Source: Azolla caroliniana (lineage: Eukaryota > Plantae > Polypodiophyta). From it: a stretch of DNA of 64,000 nt. The notes under the pieces were generated by a model. The model saw only the letters and a program-made list of their open reading frames with translations, was not told the DNA's origin and did not search any database. The stretch is from positions 11,346,001 to 11,410,000 of the forward strand of contig JBHGNT010000013.1 in assembly GCA_043228905.1 (NCBI GenBank), read 5' to 3'. How positions within the stretch are numbered: position 1 is the first letter of the stretch; every line of letters begins with the position of its first letter. Below, one piece after another: positions 52,101-62,297 of this stretch. A program made the position numbers and the translations under genes.

Positions 52101-53294
52101 GTTTAACTCTTCTTCTAACTGACTAAGGACATCAAATTTGTTTGCTAGGTTCGGACTGTAAGTACTATTAGAACTATCATGCACACCTAGGGAAATAGAC
52201 TCGGTTTTAGTACTGTTAAAACTATCATGCGTAGCTAAGGCAATAGACTCAGGTTTGGTACTATTAGTACTAGCAGTAATTTGATTTACCTGCCTTTTTG
52301 GCCTATGGGGACAATTTATTGCAATGTGTCCTGGTCCACCGCAGTAAAGACATAGTCGATTTGTACGACGTCGCTGCTTTTCCTCTTCGGATAATGGCCC
52401 TCGACGACGTGTTGTGTCAATCTCCATCGGAGTCGGAGTATTCGCTGGAGGTGCAAGGTATGACTCCCTCGGAAAAGGTCTTGATGTCACTGAGGCGTAG
52501 GTGGGCTCCGATCTTGCCCTCGGCATCTGTAGTTGTCGTTCCGAACGACGCTCAAATAGACGGTTGTCGCATCTTACCGCGCGACTAATTGCTTCTGTTA
52601 AGGACTTCGGCTCTTCGGGGAAGGTCAAGAGTAAATCCTTGACATCGTTGCGTAAACCGTAACGGAATTGCTCCATTAACGCTTGATCATCCCAAGGAAT
52701 ATCGGCGGCGAGTAAGCGAAAATCTGCAGCGTATGCGGAGGCTGGACGATCACCTTGACGTAATCGCCGAATTTTGTTGATTGCGGTTCTGATGCTGTCA
52801 GTATCTCCGAAACATGCTTTAAACTCACCGATAAATTCTTCAAAATTATTGAGCAACGGGGATTCCTTTTCTAATAGGGGAGCGAACCACGCCAACGCTG
52901 AGCCACTTAATAAAGTTCCTACTAAACCCACTCGTGATGCATCGGTGGGATATCGACAAGGATGCATTTGAATAACTAGTCGTACCTGATTAAGGAACCC
53001 TCTAAACTGCGATCGCGTTCCATCAAACTTCGTGGGAAGGCCAATCTTGGGTTCTTTATGAGTTCCTTGTGTTGCGGGCCCGTGTTGTTGCATCGCCACG
53101 ATGGTTGCTTCGAGTTGTTGTACGCGTAACGCAAGTTCCCCATGCTGTTGCTGCGTTTGCTGTTTTTCTAAGGAGATTTGTTGAAGATCCCCCAGCAACC
53201 GTTGGTTTTCTTGTTCCAAAGCATGAAATTTCTCCTTCAAACATTGAAACTCCGAAAAAACGGATTGATATTCTTCAGCGCTAACAGTGGCCAT
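52095..53294 (-). CDS. Chromovirus Gag (399 aa, CCHC zinc knuckle)
   Basis: EPKIGLPTKFDG, LRQGDRPASAYAADF, CLYCGGPGHIAINC. Confidence 0.93.
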   Translation of the reverse strand: MATVSAEEYQSVFSEFQCLKEKFHALEQENQRLLGDLQQISLEKQQTQQQHGELALRVQQLEATIVAMQQHGPATQGTHKEPKIGLPTKFDGTRSQFRGFLNQVRLVIQMHPCRYPTDASRVGLVGTLLSGSALAWFAPLLEKESPLLNNFEEFIGEFKACFGDTDSIRTAINKIRRLRQGDRPASAYAADFRLLAADIPWDDQALMEQFRYGLRNDVKDLLLTFPEEPKSLTEAISRAVRCDNRLFERRSERQLQMPRARSEPTYASVTSRPFPRESYLAPPANTPTPMEIDTTRRRGPLSEEEKQRRRTNRLCLYCGGPGHIAINCPHRPKRQVNQITASTNSTKPESIALATHDSFNSTKTESISLGVHDSSNSTYSPNLANKFDVLSQLEEELND

Positions 53295-53519
53295 GGGATG
53301 AAAGAGAAGAGGAATTAAAAGACTAGTAGGAAAGGGGAGAGATAAGAGGGAGAGGAAGGAAAGATTGGTTCAAACTGTCAGGAATCAGTAGTAAGACGGA
53401 GACGGAATTAGTACTAAACGAAGGATTAGTACTACAGAGAAGGGATTAGTACTAAACGAAGGATTAGTACTATGAGGGGTGTAGAACTTCTTGAGAGAGA
53501 AGGAAGAAGTGAGCGAGAC

Positions 53520-53551
<32 letters not shown>

Positions 53552-54057
53552 GGTAATGATGAGAGAAATATATGTATTACGTGAAAAGAATGTACAACTG
53601 TGGCTAGAAGGCTTAAGACTGGCGTTGAACCAATTTGGTTCAACATAACGCCTAGTGCCCTCTTTTATAGTATTTCTAAGAGTAATCCTGAAGCTTCTAG
53701 AATGTTCCAGAGAAATCTGGAATATACATCAATTTCTAAAATAAAACATAAATGAAAATAATATCCTACAACTTATAATGTATAGTCTAATGGTAAGACC
53801 TCGACCCATGTAGCATAAGGTCATGGGTTCGAGTCTTGCCATGACATTATGTATCTTCTTTCTCTTGTTTCTATGATCATCACTCCTTATTAATATATCT
53901 TTGTAGATTTGGGTTTCTATATCTTCTTTCTCTCTCTTTTCTATCATCATCTCTCTTTTCATTTTGGCGCTCCAGGGAGGGTCGATCCTTTCTGTATAAC
54001 GGGAGGAACGGTTGTCCACTAATTGATGGTTGGATCTACCAATTCATCATCAAACTA

Positions 54058-55818
54058 ATGGCGAGATATGGAGTTCGCGATGCGACAGATCTACGAAGAG
54101 AACTTTTCCAATTGCGTATGGTTTCACCAATGTGCTACCTCGAGTATGAGAAGAAGTTTTTGTATATATGGTCCACTTGGATTGGACTTGTTGGAGGCGT
54201 TGAAGATGTATACTTCAAGATGGAAAGATTCAAAGCAGGGCTAGATCCATATTTTCAATATGAAGTGCATATGAAGTACCCAAGGTCTTTCCATGATTTG
54301 CTTCGAGTATGTCAAAGTTATGATCAACAATTGAAGAAGTTGTTATTCGGTGAAGCATATGGAGTATCGGCGTCATATACCATAAATCCATGCTATAATA
54401 ATTGTGGATCGGTCATGAGCCAACAACCAGCCTACTTGCAATGTCCGATTCAACAGGTTCCCTCATATCATTATTCTAATTTTTGGAGTTATAATGATGT
54501 CTATGAAGGTGATTCCAGAGACAATGAAGAAGAGGTGATGAATGTGGAGTCCCCCCATCTAGTTCATGAGGACAACCATGATATAAAGAATGATGATGTG
54601 AAAGACGAATCTAAGGAGATAGTTATGAGAAGCGATGTTATGGATGGTGATGCCAATGTACATCATGTTGAGGACATTATTGATACAACAAGTGATATGG
54701 TGGTTGATGATGAATATGTGCAAGATGAAATGGAAGATATGACAAAAGAAGTTGTTGATGGTGAAGTACCCACAACGAAGTTGCAAGATGAAGAAGGTAA
54801 CCTAGAAGTGATAGCTGGAGATTGGCTTTTGAAGATCAATGCATGTAAGGAAGCATTGGTGAGTGCCAAGTTGCAGTGTATGAAGGTGTTCGTGCAAGAT
54901 TTGTGTTTTGGATTTGCATTGAGTGGCAACAAAGTTATGTGGGCATCAACTCTTCAACAACAATTTGATCAAGAGCAAAGAGAATTACTTGTAATGCATG
55001 ATTGGAGTATCATTAACTTATCACCATCAAAGGATCCACCACAACTAATCAAACGTATAAAGGAGAAGGAATCATCTATCGATAATGGCAATCAAGAAGA
55101 GGAAAGCATAACAATTGATAAATCTTTGTGGGATAGGGAAAACAAATCATTCCACATGGTGTCTAAGGAGGAAGAAGAAGTCATTGAAGAGAAAAGCATT
55201 ATCACCTTGGAGAAGATGATTTCAAGCTATATCCAAGGAGAAGAGCATCTAAGGTTTAGTTCTTTTCTTTTTGAGTTTCCAAAATTACTCATAAATGTCT
55301 ATTCACATATAAAAGGAGAAGATTGCTTCAAAGACCTTATCAAATTGAAGGTACCAATTGCCCAAACTCTTCAAGAATCTAAGGTTGTGCAAAAGATAGA
55401 TCATAAAGCATTGTTACAAGAGAGTTTCATTTATCATATGGAGAATTTGAAGTTTGTCTCACTTATTGTGGTTGTTCCAAAGGAGAAAGACGTCAACTTC
55501 CAACCCTTGAATGATTCAACCAAACGAGATTTATTTTTGCTTCCTTTTCAAGATGAGATTCTAGATGAAATGGTCATACATACAAAACAAGGTAATGTGG
55601 AGAATGTGGTGTGCCAAGAAGAAAGTCATGTTGATGAAGCAAAGATTGACGTAATTCAAAATATGACAATTCTGACAAGTCTCGAAGCTTTGAAGGTGTT
55701 TGTGCAAAAGGTTCGCTCGCTCGAAAGACTTATTCATATGTTAACATGCTTACTTCTATCAAGAGTTATGTATCACATAGACCTACTTCTGTTTGGAAAG
55801 TTGATGAAGATATACTAA
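54058..55818 (+). CDS. N2 ORF (586 aa): Gag-like domain, acidic linker and in-frame RT remnants
   Basis: LFQLRM..YEKKF..ERFKAGLDPYFQYEV; C-terminal VSLIVVVPKEK..LNDSTKRDLFLLPFQDEILDEM..VDEAKIDVI. Confidence 0.75.
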   Translation: MARYGVRDATDLRRELFQLRMVSPMCYLEYEKKFLYIWSTWIGLVGGVEDVYFKMERFKAGLDPYFQYEVHMKYPRSFHDLLRVCQSYDQQLKKLLFGEAYGVSASYTINPCYNNCGSVMSQQPAYLQCPIQQVPSYHYSNFWSYNDVYEGDSRDNEEEVMNVESPHLVHEDNHDIKNDDVKDESKEIVMRSDVMDGDANVHHVEDIIDTTSDMVVDDEYVQDEMEDMTKEVVDGEVPTTKLQDEEGNLEVIAGDWLLKINACKEALVSAKLQCMKVFVQDLCFGFALSGNKVMWASTLQQQFDQEQRELLVMHDWSIINLSPSKDPPQLIKRIKEKESSIDNGNQEEESITIDKSLWDRENKSFHMVSKEEEEVIEEKSIITLEKMISSYIQGEEHLRFSSFLFEFPKLLINVYSHIKGEDCFKDLIKLKVPIAQTLQESKVVQKIDHKALLQESFIYHMENLKFVSLIVVVPKEKDVNFQPLNDSTKRDLFLLPFQDEILDEMVIHTKQGNVENVVCQEESHVDEAKIDVIQNMTILTSLEALKVFVQKVRSLERLIHMLTCLLLSRVMYHIDLLLFGKLMKIY

Positions 55819-58800
55819 TTGTTGTAACCTCTTTCTTTGTGTTGACAAGGGGAAAGATGGTGATGGCAATTGTCAATGTGTATGTGTGTGTGTTTAGAAG
55901 TGTGAGGTTTTTCCTATCGACTAGCGGGGGTTTTACTCACATAGTTTGTTTCTTTTCTATTTATTTTCTCCTTCTTTGTCTATAGCCATGAGTAAGGCGA
56001 AGGAGAACCTTTAGTTTTATTAGTAGCTTAGGGTTCACCATAAATGGTTCACCAAGAAGCAAGGGGGAGGGCTAAATGTGAAACTGTTTTTAGAATTCAA
56101 GCCATTGGACACTAAAAGAATATAAGGTATGGAGGATTCACATTTGGAGGACAAGGACATGAACTAACATCTCGTGGATAAGTCCAAATAAAAACAAGAA
56201 AGATGGAGAAAAGTAAAAGAAGGAAAAAGCAGACCACCAAAAAGCAGTCAGAAACAAACGCCCATAACTCATTCGTTTGGAAGCCAAATATCACGTGTAA
56301 ATATGGGTTAGAAAGGTTATGAAGAGAGCTATCCGTAGCTTTTTAAAACTCTAAATTTGGAGCATGGATGAGGGAGATATGACGATTAGAAGATCGTTGT
56401 GTCATAGCTAAGAATAGGAGATGGAAAAGCTCTAAAAAAAGCGTGGAAAAGAAAGCAAGCGAAACTTATCTACTAGAGGAGAACTTCATATAAAGCAAGA
56501 AGAGTGAGGTGGTGAGGGAGTGGTTTTCTTGTGGTGTTTTTTCTTACCTATTCATGTAGTGCGTTTTTCTAGTGATCAATTGATCCTTGTAGGCTTGAGT
56601 TTATGTATCTTCTTTCTCTTGTTTCTATGATCATCACTCCTTATTAATATATCTTTGTAGATTTGGGTTTCTATATCTTCTTTCTCTCTCTTTTCTATCA
56701 TCATCTCTCTTTTCACCTGCCCCCGACTTGGAACCCTGACTCCAATCCGAGCTCTGATGATGAGGTCAGCAAGGCCGAGATGCCTCCGAATGAGCCCGAA
56801 ATCGAGACCCGCGAAGAGAGTCTGATTTCACTCCGGTTAAGGGGACCGATTGGACAACTGAGTCGGTACGACCAGTCCGATGAAGAGCCGGCGAGTAGTG
56901 GAGACTCGACCGTGCATTCCCCGCGCAGGAAGCCAAGGAGACGGCTTACGCGCAAAGAGAAAGGGAAGAAGAAGGTGTCGAATTCCGGCACGGAAAGGAA
57001 CGAGTCAGACCGACGCAAGTCCGACTGTGAGGGAACCGGTGACGGGTCTTTAAAGATGAAGACCGCGTCGACCGAGAAAGCCTCGACATCGGCTAATGTG
57101 AGATTACGCCGATCTACCCGCCAGAAGAATCCTGTTTTGCGGTTCAGATACAACGAGTACATGGCGCATCATTATGCGTACATGACCCATGTAGCGGAAG
57201 TGTGTGAGCCGGAGAGCTACGCAGAAGCGGCGAAGGACGCGAATTGGCGCGCCGCGATGGAGGAAGAGATGCACGCATTGGCGGAGAACGAGACCTGGGA
57301 CCTGGTTGACGCACCGAAGGGTGTGAAGCCGATCGGGTGTAGATGGGTGTACAAGGTCAAGTACAACACCGATGGCTCGGTCAACCGGTACAAGGCTCGG
57401 CTAGTGGCAAAGGGCTATGCGCAGAAACACGGCATCGACTACGATGAGATGTTTGCGCCGGTCGCAAAAATGACGACTGTCCGTGTTTTGCTCGCAGTAG
57501 CCGTGGCCAAGGGGTGGCACCTACATCAGATGGATGTACAGAATGCGTTCCTGCAAGGTGACCTTGAGGAACAGGTGTACATGGTAGAGCCCCCCGGATT
57601 TCACTCTGGAACAAACTCCTCGGCAATATGCCGACTGAAGCAGTCCCTTTACAGACTGAAGCAAGCCCCGCGTGCCTGGAACTGCGTCGGTTGGGCTTCA
57701 TCACGTCAAAATCGGACTCTTCCCTGTTCATCCAGAAAGGTCGAGTCGGACCAGTTAGTATTTTACTGTATGTTGATGACTTGGTCATCACCGACGCCGA
57801 CCTAGGTGAAATCGACCGCGTGAAGCTCTAGCTTGTGGCATCGTTCGACATGAAGGATCTGGGGGACCTTCATTACTTCCTCGGGATCGAAGTGATCTGT
57901 ACCCCCGAAGGCATATTGCTCAGCCAACGTCACTACGTGCTGAGTATGCTCTTCAAGCTCGGGATGGCCGACTGTAAGTCCTTCTCGACTCCTCTGGACA
58001 GAACCGTCAAGCTTCGTCCCGATACGGGAAAGGTATGCGATCCGACGAGGTTTCGACAAATTGTCGGAAGCCTCATATACTTGACCATCACTCGACCCGA
58101 CCTCAGTTACCCGGTCGGGGTGATCAGTCAGTTCATGGCGCGACCTACCGAGGAGCACCTTCAATGTGCACAACGCATACTTCGGTATGTCAACGGCACT
58201 AAGGACCGAGGACTGCTATATCAGACCGATGCAACCGCGCAGTTAGTCGGCTACACCGATGCTGATTGGGCTAGCAACGCCGCTGATCGCCGATCCACGT
58301 CTAGATACGCGTTCTCCCTCGGGAGTGCCGCAATCGCGTGGAGCAGTAAGAAGCAGCCGACAGTTGCATTGTCAAGCACCGAAGTTGAGTACCGAGGAGC
58401 GGCTGTCACGACATGCGAAGCCATATGGTTGAAGCGGCTTCTTAAGGACCTGCAAGAGGAGGTGTCAGATCCGACGACAATCTACTACGACAACCTCAGC
58501 AGCATCCAGCTCGCGAAGAACCCCGTTTTCCATGCACGGACCAAGCACATTGAGGTGCACTACCATTTCGTCCGTGAGCGTGTCCTTTCCGGTGAAGTCG
58601 AACTTTAGTACATGCCGACGGATCGGCAAACTGCCGATATCTTCACAAAGCCGCTTGGTCTGGACAAGTTGCGGCAATTCTCAGGTGCGCTCGGGTTGCG
58701 TCACCTCGATGTGCCGAACTTGAGGGGGAGAACAATCCCGAACGACCAAGCAAGGCAGCAGGAAAGGAGCGGAGACCGTGACACCGAGTTCGAGTCGGTA

Positions 58801-59660
58801 GACTCGGTTGTTGAGTTCGAGTTCGGATCGACTGAAGAAGCCGAGGGCGGACCCGCGGAAAAGTCCGAAAGCGGATAGAAGGGGAGCAGCCGAAGGAGAG
58901 AGCCGATGCCAACCACACATGGGGGAGATAACGCCATCGAGGGCGAGAAGACCGAAGACGAGTTGGAGACAGCCAACTCGGACGAGAGTGAAAACCGATC
59001 GGAGGTAGCCGAGTCGGTTCAGATGTTTGATTCAGACACGTTGAATCAACCGAGGCCCAAGCGGAAGAAAAGGCAGCAGAAAAAGTGTCAACACCGCAAT
59101 AGCAGAAGAGCTGATAAGGGCCTCATGAGCAGACAAGCCGACCGGAAGGGTCGAAGCGCGCGGAGTCGAACAGGTCGAGGAGCGCGAGCAAGGCGTGAAG
59201 CCAGGAGGAACCGGAGTTGTGTGCCCGAGGATCCCGAAGAGCCTCAAGTTGAGCTTGAGGGGGAGTGTTGAGAGACAAGCTCAACATCGGCCGGTTCGGC
59301 TGAAGAAGCCGAGGGCCGGATCGGTTGGGACCGATCGGTTAGGCCGAGTGCATACACCGGGAGGTCGTTAGGAAAGATATTCCGTGAGGAATATATTTGG
59401 GAGTTAGTGTAGGAGCTCTTGATGAGCATTGAAGTACTGTCAGTACTTCGGTCAGTCCTTCTAGGACTTGTATAAAAGTGCTCACTGAGCACGTCTTATG
59501 TACACAGATTGAGTATTATTGTTAAATATAGTTTTTTGGTGTTTTCTCTCTCTGTCTCTCCCGCGTATACCGTGTAAGCTCAAGCTCTCCATTAAACCTG
59601 AGTTTCCTTCCTTCTGTTCGGTCTTCATACTTGCTTCCGCACACTACTTTCTACAACAAT

Positions 59661-61559
59661 CTATCCCAAGATTGGGATTACAGAAGTTTAGGTTTAAAGA
59701 GATTAATAGATAAGAAAAATTAGGGTTTTTGGGTTCGATAAGAAAATTAGGTTTCAAAATTATGAGATATGGCTTTCAAAAGAAAAAAATAGGGCTATTC
59801 GAGAGATATGGTTTCCATAAGGAATATTCTCGTTATATGAGAGATATGGGTTCTGTAAGGAAAATTAGGTTTTATGTGAGAGATAGCTTCCATGAGGAAA
59901 ATTAGGGTTTTTGAGAGATAACTTTTGTAAGGAAAATTAGGGTTTATGGCTTTGATCAGAAAATTAGGGTTTTTCCCCAAAAGATGGCTTCAATCAGAAA
60001 ATTAGGGTTTTTCCCCAAAAAAACACTTCGATTCCCCTAAGGACCATTCTTCTCTATAGATGGATTATCGAGAGCTAGCTTTTCTCCTCCCTTCTCGCAC
60101 TTGCATGAAGGAACTCCAGTTTCCATCTTCGGTTCAATTGCATGCATCCACATGACCTTTACTTTACATTAAGTTTGACTTTAGTTGCATGCGTTCACAT
60201 AACCTTTACTTTAGTTCGCCGCATGATCCGTCCGGTTGCATCTAGCCCGATCAGTCTGGTCCGGTTCCAGTTCCGTCCGGCCCAGTTCGATTACATCCGG
60301 CCCAATCCGTCCGGTTCCGTTTGACCAGGTTCCGGTGTCGTAAAGGGATACGACCGATTGGTGCCACCACGATTCCACACTTGCCTCAACTACAACCATG
60401 CATCTCGACTTGGTTCGGTGACCCAACACTCCTTGGAGATCCACCTGATTCGACTCATTGGAGTTGATTTACATTCTAGACTCAAAGTTCTTTAGTATTA
60501 TTGTTCTTATGGATTATTTGCATTATTTTGGAACAAATGTTGTGTAGTCAAAACCATGTAATGTATTTCATGTGCACCATATAACGCACATGCAAAGTTT
60601 CTCTACATGTGTGCCACATAGCCCACATGCTTTATATCGCGCACATGCACAAGCTTCTCTAGGTGTGTGCCACGTGGTCTACATGTAATGACATCAATTT
60701 AGTATAAGAGGGAGGATTATTGTCATGGATGGGGGGAAAACAATCAAAGAGTCCTATTTTGTAAAGTGTATTTCTCTCGAAGAAATAGTGAATTTCCTAT
60801 TTTAGCATTTCTTCTTCGTCTGCGTTTGAGGAGTAGCATTGTATGGTATTTCCTTTATAATTCTCAATTCTGATGTCTATTTTCGACGTTCTATAGCTTA
60901 AAGCTCTTCCAGAGGGCTTTCCAATCTGTGTTTGCACACTTAATTTGGTTACGCGGGTGAAACGATATAATGTTTTTTCTCTTCACGGATAAGGCTGCAA
61001 ACCACTCGTGACTATTGAGATACTTCCGGCTCAACTTCCCACTCTTCTCTTTCATCTTCTTATTTCCACTCTCCTGGTTTAGAACTCCAATGGTCGCCCG
61101 GACACGCCAAGCTCTTATACGCAACGTGCTTTGACACGACATTGGTTCCGTCTTCGGTTCTATCGTCGTCCAATTCCGATTTGATTGTCATTTGGTTCTG
61201 GTTCCAGTCGCCGATTTTAGTCACCGTCCAGTTGCCAGTTCCGATTCCGTCACCGCCGTCGGTCGCTGGTTGCCGATCCCCGTCACTGTCTGGTTCCGAT
61301 TCTGGTCCCAGTTCCGTCGTCGGCCAGTTTTGGCAACATACCCACATCCATCCATCTAGACAAAGTGGCCCAAGTTCAACCATTCCTTTTGTGCTCTTAA
61401 CACATAGATAAAAATTAATGATTTTTCAATCTACTTATATTTGGATGCTAAAGTTTCCTATCTATGTGAGATATCTTAAAATTCTAGTATTTCCTCATCC
61501 CCTTAAGCTTTATAGTTACATAACTTAATATGTAGTTATCCATTTTATATGTAGTAAAA
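59661..61559 (-). mobile_element. Long LTR-like sequence related to the 28301 solo LTR (continues at 44729-44785), rich in telo-box motifs
   Basis: 59661-59730 is the reverse complement of ~29095-29168, and 61470-61558 of ~28410-28510; repeated aaattagggtttt. Confidence 0.55.
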
Positions 61560-61620
61560 TGTTGGGATTACGGTCCCTCCGGATGGGATGGTCGGATGTC
61601 CGGGAATCGGGAATGAAGAC

Positions 61621-61789
61621 CCGGATGATGAAGACCCCCGGCTACAGAGCCGGATGATGAAGACCCCGGCTACGGAGCCGGATGATGAAGACCCCGGCTA
61701 CGGAGCCGGATGATGAAGACCCCGGCTACGGAGCCGGATGATGAAGACCCCGGTTACGGAGCCGGATGATGAAGACCCCGGCTACGGAG
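61621..61789 (+). repeat. Six copies of a 28-bp tandem repeat in the LTR U3
   Basis: Unit ccggatgatgaagaccccggctacggag. Confidence 0.92.
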
Positions 61790-61963
61790 CCGGATGACGA
61801 ATGTACCCGGAGAGAGATCCGGATGCGGGGACATATTTGTGAATATGTTTGCCAAGGGCCCTTGAGGCTATATTTGTAAATAGCCCGAAAGTCATATGTG
61901 TATAAATATGACTTAGGGCAAACAGTTGTTGTTGTTGCTCATTTTTATGCGAAGTGAGTGCAG

Positions 61964-62000
<37 letters not shown>

Positions 62001-62297
62001 GAAGAGGTCGTTGCCTCTGTGTACTGCCGCCGCCTGTGGCGAAGACAGTGAGCTCAAGGTTGTTGCCTTGTAGCTTCACCATTGTACATCTCTGTTTATA
62101 GTGATAGTTGGAGTTTGAGGACTCCCGTGGTTTTTCCCCATTTAGGGTTTTCCACGTAAAACATCCCGTGTACTCTTCTCTCTATTGTACTTCGTGCATT
62201 TTGTATTTCCTGTTTTCTATGAGTTGATCCTATTCCTCGGTTGTGGCCGAGCACTGTTTTTCAACAAGGTGGTATCAGAGCGACGGTAACACAGAAA

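Larger units (their letters stand above)
48049..53846 (-). mobile_element. Intact chromovirus (Tcn1-like Ty3/gypsy): 5' LTR 53376-53846, 3' LTR 48049-48517
   Basis: TSD ttatg; LTRs look identical except for (GA)n length; PPT aagggggggatag; open gag and pol. Confidence 0.95.
47520..56715 (+). mobile_element. Non-autonomous gypsy element N2: 5' LTR 47520-48048 plus 53852-53961, 3' LTR 56077-56715
   Basis: TSD cctgc; PBS tggcgctccagggagggt (tRNA-Asn-like) at 53965; PPT aagggggaggg; about 3 LTR differences. Confidence 0.9.
44786..59655 (+). mobile_element. Full-length Ty1/copia element C: LTRs 44786-45175 and 59266-59655, PBS-Met 45176-45187, PPT 59254-59265; hosts N2 and the intact chromovirus
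   Basis: TSD acaat; about 6 LTR differences in 390 bp; gag-PR-INT 45248-47519 and RT-RNaseH 56721-59271 with several stops and frameshifts. Confidence 0.93.

Noticed and set aside
61621-61789. 28-bp repeats as a CRISPR array
   Set aside because: Head-to-tail units without unique spacers, inside a eukaryotic LTR, and no cas genes
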